NCBI GenBank assembly: GCA_018985225.1
Contig: JADGIF010000027.1
Coordinates: forward strand, 1-32,000
DNA from: Amoeboradix gromovi X-113
Taxonomy: Eukaryota > Fungi > Sanchytriomycota
Length of the DNA: 32,000 bases
Direction of reading: 5' to 3'
Shown: one piece after another, positions 10,001 through 18,423 of the stretch
How positions within the stretch are numbered: the first letter of the stretch is position 1
Layout of the letters: every line of letters begins with the position of its first letter
Notes under the pieces: generated by a model
Seen by the model: only the letters and a program-made list of their open reading frames with translations
The model's database searches: none
Told to the model about the DNA's origin: nothing
Made by a program: the position numbers and the translations under genes

Positions 10001-12645
10001 GTAGAGCTACCAGACAGTAGCTTACCTATATTATTCTGTTGTATGTTATTATGGCTGGCATCAAAATATACAACACCTCGACCAGGATTACTAACTGCTG
10101 CAGTGTTCAAATTAAAGCTTACAAACTTGTTGTAACTTATATCAATGTATACGTCATCATGGTCAAACTGTTGAATTACCGGCACGTCACCCTTTATGTT
10201 GTTATGGGCAACTGTCAAGTTTTTCAGAGTTTTGGGAATCTTAATATTCAGCCCAATGTTACCAAATGAATCGTAAATGTAATCAAACTGGTTATAAGAC
10301 GCATGGATCTCAACTATCTGGTGCATGTAGAGATTTCCAGAAATTTGATTATTTTCAATATTTAAAAAAGTCAGCTTTTCAGGGGCTGCATCTTGCGTGA
10401 TTGGCAGTGGAAATACAGTTATGTTATTATGAGATAGGTCAAGACTCATCAATTTATTCAGTGAGTTCCAGTTCTGAGCAGTTCCTGCATCATTGTTATA
10501 TAAACCTTTTCCTGAAAAATCGATACTTTTTATTTTGTTGTCGTCATCACATCCAATTTCCGACTTGCTGCAGCAGACACCTAAGAGTAAATCGGGACTG
10601 TAATTGTATTTTAAAATGTTTTTTAAGGTTGCGCAATCATCATTAGTTGGTTGACAGTTATAATCGTTTAGGTTGATTAAGCTAGTTAAGTTGAAGTGGT
10701 TGTCATCTATGTTACAAATCCCAATATAATACCCTGCTGACGAGGAAGTGAAGTTGATAAACAGATTGTTCTTTAAAACCATTGATTCAATGGCTGTCGA
10801 CTGCAGCACAAGATCAGGTCCCAAAACGTTGTTAGAAACATTTAGTGATTTAATGTTCTGAGGTACAACTAGACTTTCTGTAAACATGTTATGCGATGCA
10901 TCCAACGATTGAACAGACGACGGAATGTTGATCTCACCTTTAAACTGGTTATTTGATATATTTATTTCTCGTAAATCTTTAGCTAATTCTGTGACTTGGT
11001 CAAATGAACTATCAATAATGTTATTTTGAATGTAAAGCACATTCAATGACATAGGAAGTTTAGGAAATCTTGTTAGACTATTGTAAGACAAATCAAGGTA
11101 AGTCAAATTGCCCAATGAATCCCAATCCATTGTGTATGGATTGTTAGCTTGCTCCGTATTAGGACTTCTCAAGCTGCTGCTATTCACTGTTACTCTAATT
11201 ATATTTTTATTGGTACTGCACTTCATTGTGGTCGATCCCGAACTACAGCACTGATCTATTGACCATACGTTGTTGTAATTTGACATGATTTTTGAAAACA
11301 TCTTGCAGTCGTTTTCTTTTGAAAACTGACAACCAATTGTTTTCAACTGCTCCAGAGCATCATTTTTAAATGGATTTACATCTATAACACAGGTACCAAG
11401 AGTTCTAAGTAGCATGTGGTTTGTGTAATCCTCAAATTTGTTATTTTCTATAATCAAAATTCTTAGTGAACCTTGCGAAATTGTCAAGGCAGGCCCAAAT
11501 TGGTTATTAGAAACATCTATTGTTTCAATATTGGTTGCAGTATTGAAATCACCCGTAAACTGATTACTTGACAAATTTAGATAATTCAGAGGTTGTGGCC
11601 ACCAGGTCTCTGAGTCGAACGAAGTTGCAATGGAATTATTTGATAGGTTTAAGGTCTCGAGAGCTAAAGGAAGCTGAGGAAATTCTGTAATTTGGTTATT
11701 TGACAAGTCCAAGTCTGTTAGACTGGTCAAGAGCTGCCAATCCGCAAGGAATACCTTTTCATGCACATTTTTCAAATCATAGTTTGGCAAATGTATTTTC
11801 TTAATTCTGTATTTTGAATCACAACCTACAGCTTCAGAATAAGATTGATCGCAACAATTCTGATAATTGACCGTACTATTATAGTTGGCTAAAATGTTGT
11901 TCAAAATCATACAATCTGGAACAAAGAGTATCGTTTTATTACAAGAAAACATCCTAAGGCTGCTTAAGCTGTTATCAGAAAATTGGTTATACTCAATATC
12001 ACAATCGTCAATTCCATATGGCAAAGTGGAGTACTTCACACTAGTAAATTGGTTATATCGTATATGCATAACACTTAAGATTGTCGAGCCGATCGTGAGA
12101 GAGCCAGAAAATTCGTTGTCTGAAATATCCAAAAATCTAATTGAATTCGTAATGGAGAAATTTCCGGAAAACTTGTTGTTTGAAAGATTCAAATTAGTTA
12201 AAAATCGAAGGTAGCTAAATACATTCGCATTTCCGTTGAATTGATTCATTGACAAATCTAATTCATAAAGACTGTATGGTAAAACTAAGGGAGCATTTAC
12301 AAAACCGTTGTTTCTCAGTATTAGTTTTAGAAGGCTTGGCGAGTGCATATCGATAATCCATGTCTCAGGCGAATTAATGTTGCTATTCGTTATTGAGAGC
12401 GACAGTAAACTAGTGAGACTTTCAAACTCTTTTAGGCTGAAGCCAGTAGCATCAAATTTAAAGCCATCCCATGTTATATCTGTAATTCTAGATAAACCGT
12501 CACATTTAAAGTACTGTGAATAACCGCAGCACTCTAAGTTCGTGTCCCACATGATATCTGAAATACTCATATTAGTCGCAATTTTATTTGCGAAGGTACA
12601 ATCCTCACTTAATGAATATGTTATAAACAGCAGAAGCACATTCAT
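7018..12645 (-). CDS. Large LRR-repeat, Cys-rich, multi-pass membrane receptor-like protein (1875 aa)
   Basis: Signal peptide; many LxLSxNxFxG LRRs arranged in four Cys-capped modules; Cys-rich CxxCPxGAxC...CxxGYxxxxCxxC segment; about 8-9 hydrophobic helices; charged cytoplasmic tail. Confidence 0.88.
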   Translation of the reverse strand: MNVLLLFITYSLSEDCTFANKIATNMSISDIMWDTNLECCGYSQYFKCDGLSRITDITWDGFKFDATGFSLKEFESLTSLLSLSITNSNINSPETWIIDMHSPSLLKLILRNNGFVNAPLVLPYSLYELDLSMNQFNGNANVFSYLRFLTNLNLSNNKFSGNFSITNSIRFLDISDNEFSGSLTIGSTILSVMHIRYNQFTSVKYSTLPYGIDDCDIEYNQFSDNSLSSLRMFSCNKTILFVPDCMILNNILANYNSTVNYQNCCDQSYSEAVGCDSKYRIKKIHLPNYDLKNVHEKVFLADWQLLTSLTDLDLSNNQITEFPQLPLALETLNLSNNSIATSFDSETWWPQPLNYLNLSSNQFTGDFNTATNIETIDVSNNQFGPALTISQGSLRILIIENNKFEDYTNHMLLRTLGTCVIDVNPFKNDALEQLKTIGCQFSKENDCKMFSKIMSNYNNVWSIDQCCSSGSTTMKCSTNKNIIRVTVNSSSLRSPNTEQANNPYTMDWDSLGNLTYLDLSYNSLTRFPKLPMSLNVLYIQNNIIDSSFDQVTELAKDLREINISNNQFKGEINIPSSVQSLDASHNMFTESLVVPQNIKSLNVSNNVLGPDLVLQSTAIESMVLKNNLFINFTSSSAGYYIGICNIDDNHFNLTSLINLNDYNCQPTNDDCATLKNILKYNYSPDLLLGVCCSKSEIGCDDDNKIKSIDFSGKGLYNNDAGTAQNWNSLNKLMSLDLSHNNITVFPLPITQDAAPEKLTFLNIENNQISGNLYMHQIVEIHASYNQFDYIYDSFGNIGLNIKIPKTLKNLTVAHNNIKGDVPVIQQFDHDDVYIDISYNKFVSFNLNTAAVSNPGRGVVYFDASHNNIQQNNIGKLLSGSSTLQYLDLSFNNISGQFPPSLTSLKSLVSLYLQFNQFTAIYLATSKRYDVIDISHNNISSATGSAGTIQLAAGGTCDVSFNLINIEENKYFTPCKKICNNYASINTAYFSYDKIIVLGKSLIGDDPLCSPFVGYKIENTAWIATGPSANRVEIQFSTVSNPPINANAVMSIYTLGTVGPIVHPINPFIYYSYPNTIRHSFSLPLDIKSKMGNADKWTILPFDDVKPFFSSNTSAELKDMNKDAIISVSPLYDSANSWVDSNINYYLTVNSSMIPGFIRLNVYNMPVFDANPTVSIILSEDVFTLSVLTRELLQLLTNNHELKDNGKYTTNAIFADLASQVNVNFSNPIYSSYIQSELYGTLQQRDKSSNIEVRAVSINTIGVYNKSWYPSDDKIDILVTSAIDTPWQVETLNYPHVKLDLITDSTFVKSSIRLNYTCGAAKVLNVFNAINKGNKYEICAQCPDGATCFNNGNIPINNDGYHMSNVSGVLEFVPCMPSKACLAASTCSEGYKEPNCGICDAGYYKKGLDCVKCVGSFTVEKIALVAIAAILIVVLLLFLKLRYGSLLIVFSILFQYFQLLYIYKNLLLSWSDQVIEFFSYLSIFSFNLELAQPECVDPNINYFTKAKAMMAIPPIFLLCIIVFMAGAAVVDWLRHANDIGLLRKIGAYLYTGLAIFHLFLQIIYLSLCSWILGYFSCKEFGTDTVMVRSIGISCRSVGYKDQSSSFVLGVLVYVVGIPAYFSLLYWAKHQSKHKHLKKIGTAWLYTKFSDFNDQGQYIIAIHLILKCLIVCCQAFLNDVIILQAILVMLLIFTYLGFLIHSKPYLKRQYTVIAVFCQVCSIITLSCGIMFYVLLLTNYKGNIHYQEILTDTVIGTTCVLCFVAVWQVVKDLNNYDKKSKKVVEYGDSDDGINRDKIRKTAVDENELQKKKKIIAITPVSDQEVDLNEVLLSAPSERSISKPTIQDGLRAPSSATRVKRTSAGSSTSSKVRVEASLK

Positions 12646-12847
12646 GTTTTAGAAAGCCATGGTCTACCTTCGACATCCTATAAATAGGCCAATAATTGTA
12701 ACAGGCTGAATCCGATATAATAAATCTACTTAGTTTAATTAAACTGCTTTTCTCTAGCTTACGTTGAACAGTTTGAGACGTTTAATACTAGTATCAATAT
12801 TTGGCCAATTAAGAATTCCAATTTTCAGGTTTCCGACAATTGGGGAA

Positions 12848-13682
12848 ATGAAATTCACACCGTATTTGGATCAGCTGTATGGTTGGTTATATCATAAAGA
12901 CATCTCCAAATTCCAGTTTAATGAGAGTTTATTGTTTGGTACCACTCAAGCAGGAATTACAATGTGTATTGTATATTTAGCGACGCTGTTTGTATTAAAT
13001 AAGCGTCAAAAAGCGCTAAATATTCCAAGTTGGTTACCCGCATGCCATAACCTTTTTCTGACCCTACTTAGCTTAATTTTGTTCATTTGGATGACCGAAA
13101 ATGCCGTTACTCAGTTAATCAATAAAGGGTTGTTCTTTAGTGTCTGCGACGCTGAATCTTATACTCCTAGAGTTGATTTCATCATGTATTTGAACTATTT
13201 AACTAAATTTTATGAACTAATTGACACTCTGTTTTTGGTACTCAAAAAGAAAAAACTCGAGTTTTTACATGTTTATCATCATAGTACTTCATACTTATAT
13301 AGGTGCGACATTACTGCTATGTCTATTTGAATTGCAAGGTCGTCCTTCTGTTTCCTGGGTAGTTGTTTATTTAAATTTGGCAGTACATGTAGTTATGTAT
13401 TTTTATTATTTTTTGACGGCATTGAAGATAAAGGTATGGTGGAAAATGGCAGTGACCATATTGCAGATAACTCAGTTTGTGATCGATTTGGGGTTTGTTT
13501 ATGGATGCTCTGCAGTATTGGTATTTGAGACATTGGGATGGTCTACTTGGCATTGCTCAGGAACCACATTCTCAGCAGTGTTCGGATGTTCATTATTATC
13601 AAGTTATTTGTTATTGTTTCTTACTTTCTTCGGTAAGACGTACAAGACAAAAGCAAAATCAAGCAAAATCAAAAAAAACTAA
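12848..13682 (+). CDS. Fatty-acid elongase (ELO/GNS1-SUR4 family); exons 12848-13283 and 13303-13682, 271 aa
   Basis: KFYELIDTLFLVLKKK, LHVYHH|SAT, NLAVHVVMYFYY, ITILQITQF and a di-lysine-like C-terminus. Spliced length is 816 nt. Confidence 0.94.
13284..13302 (+). other. 19-nt intron GTACTTCATACTTATATAG (phase 1)
   Basis: Excision joins the two ELO ORFs into HVYHHSATLLLC. Confidence 0.92.
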
Positions 13683-13688
13683 ATAAAA

Positions 13689-14078
13689 TCACATTTCATC
13701 TTTATTTACTTGCTTACCCAACAGCTTTACAACCGATATAAAGGGATCAACGTTTGATAACTTCTGTGGAATGGATTTTGCAAAAGGCTTAACTTTCAAT
13801 ATGCAGTCTTCTATCACTCTCTTATAATTTACTTTGTCTACATTCCATGCAATCTTAGTTGTCATCGCCGTTTTATTTTCAGCAGCAAGTCTTCTCAAGT
13901 ATTTTCTTTTCTTGACATCCTGATGCTCAAATTGTATCTCCACCAACAATCCTTTTTGCAAAAACTTAATCGCTTGATTTACTTTAGTATTTAGGTCATG
14001 ATCTGCGATTTTCGAAGATATTGTTAAAAGCTTTGTCTTTGGCGCTTTCTGCAAACCTCTGCGGATCATAGCAATCAT
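13689..14078 (-). CDS. Translation initiation factor IF3 C-terminal domain protein (probably mitochondrial)
   Basis: KTKLLTISSKIADHDLNTKVNQAIKFLQKGLLVEI matches the IF3_C pattern, preceded by a basic N-terminus. The start is the ATG at 14078 or 14069. Confidence 0.65.
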   Translation of the reverse strand: MIAMIRRGLQKAPKTKLLTISSKIADHDLNTKVNQAIKFLQKGLLVEIQFEHQDVKKRKYLRRLAAENKTAMTTKIAWNVDKVNYKRVIEDCILKVKPFAKSIPQKLSNVDPFISVVKLLGKQVNKDEM

Positions 14079-14122
14079 TTTTAATTTTTGCTGTTTTAAA
14101 AGTGATTTCAATTTTTATTTAT

Positions 14123-15095
14123 TTACTCCAAATCAATGGCATACCTACAACTTCCGATAAGCGCGCCGAGTTGTATACGATCGGTAGCTCCTTTATTTAT
14201 GCTGCCCTCTATTTCTCCAAATTGCTTTAAGATAAATGATTTTTTATGAACTGGCAAATCTAGTCTAATAATGTGGTCAAACAATCGTTGAAATACACCG
14301 GATAGAGCGTATCCTCTGCTTTTCATAATTGCGTAGACATCTATATTAGTTGTAAGTACTCTGATATGATGTCGTAAAATCCTCATTCAAAATAGAGTTC
14401 AATATTGTAGTCAAATGCTCTTCCGATGGCAAACCCATCATTTCATAGACATCTGCGAGCTTTATATCACGATCTCTAATAGACAGGCCTTGCAGTATGT
14501 TTAAGATACATCTCATATCACCATTGCTAATATCAATTAACGCATCAGAGGCATCTTCCGGAATTTTTATGTTCTCAGCAAAACACACTTCTTTTAACCT
14601 GACCTTTATATCATCAGGATTCAATGGAGCAAATCTGAATCTTGTACATCTACTTTGTAATGCGGGAATGATTTTCGAAGCAAAATTACAAATTAGAATA
14701 AAACGAACATTACTGGTATACTGCTCTATAATTCTACGCAAAGCACCTTGCGCTACTTGCGTTAGGTGATCAGCTTCGTCTAAGATTATGATCTTGTATG
14801 GTTTACCCAAGGACTTTGTGGCACTGAAATCTTTGATTTGGTTTCTAACCACTTCAATACCTCTATCATCACTAGCATTTAGTTGAAGTACGTAGGGTGC
14901 CATATTATCACCATAAATAAGACGGCAAATATTTACAGCCATCGTAGTTTTCCCTGTACCTGCCGTACCATACAATAACAAATGAGGCAAACCGCCAGCA
15001 TGCAAAAATTTGTTGATGGTAGATATAATGTCATTCTGAGAGATAATTTGATCCAAATTGGTTGGTCTGTATTTTTCAACAAATGGCAAACTCAT
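14123..15095 (-). CDS. RFC3: Replication factor C small subunit (yeast Rfc3 / human RFC5 type); exons 15095-14360 and 14340-14123, 317 aa
   Basis: PFVEKYRP, Walker A GTAGTGKT, LNASDDRG, DEAD and SRC motifs. The C-terminal domain is restored by the 19-nt intron. Confidence 0.92.
14341..14359 (-). other. 19-nt intron GTACTTACAACTAATATAG (phase 1)
   Basis: Contains a CTAAT branch motif; excision joins the two RFC ORFs (TSYQ-N-VYAIMKSRGYAL). Confidence 0.92.
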
Positions 15096-15481
15096 GAGTG
15101 GAGGTTATGAAAAATAACTTTCAATTCTCGTAAGTTTTGAAGAAAATAGTTTTGGTTTAATCAATGACCCTGTACCCACGGAATGTAGAAAAAGGGAATC
15201 TGAAAAGGGTGCTTGACGTATTAGGATTGATTACAAGTATATACTAGACCAATGGCTTTGTATAGAGAACGTATTTATCTCTTTATTAAAAAGAGGGGAA
15301 CTAATCAACATTTAAGAATAAAACAATCAAAGAAGAAAAACTTAAAGATGCATTGGAGATGCTAGCTTTACTTGACTAAATCGTGCAACGCTCCAAGTGA
15401 ACAGGGCATCATTTTAACGGAGTTAATCATTTATTGTGATTTCTTGTATTCTACGTCTACGTTAAATGTGAAGCTCTCAAA

Positions 15482-15930
15482 TTACTTCGAGATCCCACAC
15501 TCCTTCAGTGTAGACAACTTGGGTAAGCGCCATTTAAGCATATTTTTCCCTACATTAATAAACAATACCTGGATTAATATCTCTATGATCTTCGTGACCA
15601 CACGCATTACATTTGAACCATCTTCCTTGAATCTTCTTTTTGGATTGTGGCAACTCTAACGAAATTGGATAGCTTTTAATTCTTCATCAACATTTGCGTT
15701 CCAATGAGAGGTCGCTAAAATCCTTTAAATGGTGTTATTCGTATCACTAAATGTTTTATAAAATACACCAATAAAATTGAAGAGAACTATGATTTATTTA
15801 AGAAATTCACATTTGGGTTTACGGTTCCAATGTTTCTTCTTACCAGAATTCTGTAATTGAAAAAAGCATACTTTGTTTAAGTAATTTATGACGAGTGTTT
15901 TCCAATCACCACACCCACAATGTCAAATCT
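15482..15930 (-). pseudogene. Decayed Fanzor1/TnpB-like RNA-guided nuclease, C-terminal half
   Basis: Motifs occur in the expected order across frameshifts and stops: FDIVGV/GDW (15902-15927), NVDEE, SCH, RWFKCNACGHEDHRDINP|GKNML (Zn ribbon and RuvC-III). Confidence 0.72.
15550..15568 (-). other. 19-nt intron GTATTGTTTATTAATGTAG inside the Fanzor relic
   Basis: Matches the host intron consensus except at position 6; excision gives HRDINPGKNML, fitting the RDxNAAxNI motif. Confidence 0.78.
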
Positions 15931-16191
15931 AAAAGGGTTAGTAGTGGATATAGAATAAATACGCTACAGGAACGTTAAGTAAAATTTCAACTTCAGATAA
16001 TAGACTCATTCTTTTTGCTGCAAATTCAGGACTTATTTGGTATTCGCACATCTTCAATACAAGTCATCTTATACGCGTGAGTTTCATCCCTTATAGATAA
16101 AGGATATTTAGCTAAATTTCAATACTATGTTTGAGGCATCCAAGACGCATATTGTTAAGGGCATTAGGAGTGGTTATTCACAGGTAGACAG

Positions 16192-16784
16192 AATCCTCTA
16201 TCCTGCATAATGTTTGCAATTAACGTGTAGCATATCCTTCAATTGCAGCGTCTTATTGCCAGCATTTCTAATTACACCATAGCTGTGGGGTGCGCTCCGC
16301 CTAATTAGTGTGTTTAGAATACTAAAGACTATCTCGCAAACCTGTTTGGCAAGTTGCTCCAACCTAATGTTTAACTCTTTCCCAGTGGAGTCGGAGATTC
16401 CGGAGAGTGGGTCTTTGTCAAGTTTATTTTCATTTCTTACCGGTGGTTGCAGGATTATTATATTAATAGTAGTGGCACGACAGCTACAGATGGTGTGAAA
16501 ACTGGTTAGTATAGATTTCATACTAAATATCGTACTCAGTACAGCAGAATACAACCGCGTATTGCTGAGACATTCGCTAGTAAGCTCGGTGCTGAAAAAT
16601 CTATGTGGAATCTAATCAAAATAAGCAATGGAATTACATTCCAGCAGAATCTAGAACAACACATAGAGGTCAGCTACTCGATATCTGATCAGCCATATAC
16701 TGTACTAGAAATGCTGGCAATAAGACGCTGCAATTGAAGGATATGCTACACGTTAATTGCAAACATTATGCAGAAAAGAGGATT
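16192..16784. repeat. Inverted repeat: arms 16192-16270 and 16706-16784, 68-bp perfect core, 435-bp spacer
   Basis: 16203-16270 is the exact reverse complement of 16706-16773; the match extends 11 bp outward with 2 mismatches. Confidence 0.95.
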
Positions 16785-17884
16785 TTTGGGAATTTCCTGC
16801 ATTGGAAAGAGGCTGTTCGATGGCTGTACCAAAGGCAAGACGACACTGGAATCAAACTATGGTGTTGGTATAGCAGTTAGTAACTGGGAATTTGCAGTTC
16901 TAGACAATTCTAAACTAGGAAGACACCAAATTATGCCTTCGGTATTGGTCTTGTGCAAACTGTGAAACCCTAGGCAAGAAGAATCTGAGCTGATCAAGCG
17001 AAAGAAATATGCGACCCTTGTGTCAGATGCTCTTAATGATTTCTCAGGGTATGTAGTGTTTTCGTCTTCTTTGAAGGTACTTCTTGAAGAAACTTTCTCA
17101 GTCGGCGACATAATGCGGAAGGGAAACCCAGTAGACTTCGTCGTGCTTGTAAAGATACTTCAGACATAGTGGGTGTTGCTGAGGTGCAGCTACCAGGATT
17201 TGGACTCGACAAATTCATCAAATTGTGGAACACATGAGTGATCTTCGCAACTCCTAATGTTCGTTCGTGTTTTGCATTTTAACAACTCACAAGGAATGGA
17301 AGATATCTTGGTTTGGAGATTCATATGCTGCAGCAGTTGCCACCTCCGGGTAGCTTGCCATGGGTTGAGTATGGTTAGGAGTGCTACCGAATATTGCATT
17401 GGAGGTAGAGCAAGAGCGTGTTGTGTTAATCAAGGATATACCACCACTCATATTTGATACTGTCGAATGTTCAACAAACCTGTGTAAAATGCGTAATTCT
17501 CCAATTTATACTCCAAGTAGAGTTATGCACTCGCACTCAAGGTGTGTATGTGCTACTGCTGAGGAAATGGCTTACAAAAGACTTCCTAAGTAGCTTAGCG
17601 AATTTAAGTACGCTATACCGTCTGAGCAATGTCGCAAGTTTATCGTTCTTTCGTATTTCCATCAAGACGGTGATGGGAGAGTGGCACTGCTTTCATTCAT
17701 CTCTGGTAATTTGGCTCTGCTAAAGTTTCTGAAAAACGAGGAAGATAATCTTCCAACGCTTGAAAAGGAATCGGCGCATCGTGTCAGTAATAAAATTAAC
17801 GAATTCTATGTTTCCGTATTCAATCTTTCTTCAAGGCGATCGAAGCGTGAGCAAAGTATGCAGCGAGAAGACTGGATAATTTAG
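16768..17884 (+). pseudogene. Unidentified degenerate coding-like region
   Basis: Long reading frames are broken by single stops (TGA at 16963-16965, TAG at 17591-17593). No recognisable family motif was found. Confidence 0.3.
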
Positions 17885-17943
17885 ATTTTCTGAGAAACCA
17901 GTACTTTTAACGCGGAGATTAATTGGGACACCAAATATAAAAA

Positions 17944-18411
17944 CTAGACTAACTCGTCTTTAAAGGTGCACCATACGGAGGAAATGCTATCATTAATAAA
18001 AGATCTTCTATTGTACCAATTTTCTTTCATTGATTGTATTTCTCTTTTTAAAATAAAACTAGAAGAACCTACATCTCGTTCAAATAGAGGTTTTTGAGCA
18101 TCTAAGCAAAATGTGCATTTTCTTGGACGGTACTCTTTTCTAGAGTCATTTTGTAATGTTATACTAGCATCATTACTCTTATCTATTCTAGTTTTTACAG
18201 AGTAATAGTGATATTTTATTTGAAATAACGATTGGATGAAAGAGTAAGAGAATAGCTGTACAGAATATTTATTTTACTTTTATACTCGTCAACTCCGCAA
18301 CTAGCTGAATGTCCACTCGCGTCTTAAATCCATAGAATTAATAAAGCCGAAATAATGATTCAAACTGTATCAGAAAGTTAGTCCAGTTTTTATATTTGAT
18401 GTCTCAATTGT
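17944..18411 (-). pseudogene. Second decayed Fanzor1-like C-terminal fragment; includes repeat copy 2 (18277-18411)
   Basis: CGVDEYK is followed, after a frameshift, by an ATG-less open frame at 18273-17944 encoding RKEYRPRKCTFCLDAQKPLFERDVGSSSFIL (CxxC plus RD motif). Confidence 0.55.
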
Positions 18412-18423
18412 AAATTAATGGAT

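Noticed and set aside
13221-13330. Overlapping ORF pairs in ELO, RFC, cullin and kinase read as programmed ribosomal frameshifts, pseudogenes or sequencing errors
   Set aside because: Each junction has a GT..AG 19-mer sharing one consensus, whose removal restores the protein motif without extra residues; no slippery sites are evident.
17010-17060. VSDALNDFSG as the RNase H of a DIRS/LTR retroelement
   Set aside because: No reverse transcriptase, integrase or tyrosine recombinase motifs were found nearby.
17591-17593. Alternative genetic code (TAR read as Gln) suggested by isolated in-frame stops
   Set aside because: Conserved genes end at TAA or TAG at the expected positions and have no internal stops; the isolated stops occur only in decayed regions.
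17651-17690. YFHQDGDGRVALL as a Fic motif or DDE transposase motif
   Set aside because: Only partial resemblance to HPFxDGNGR or FQQDxA, with no supporting flanking motifs.
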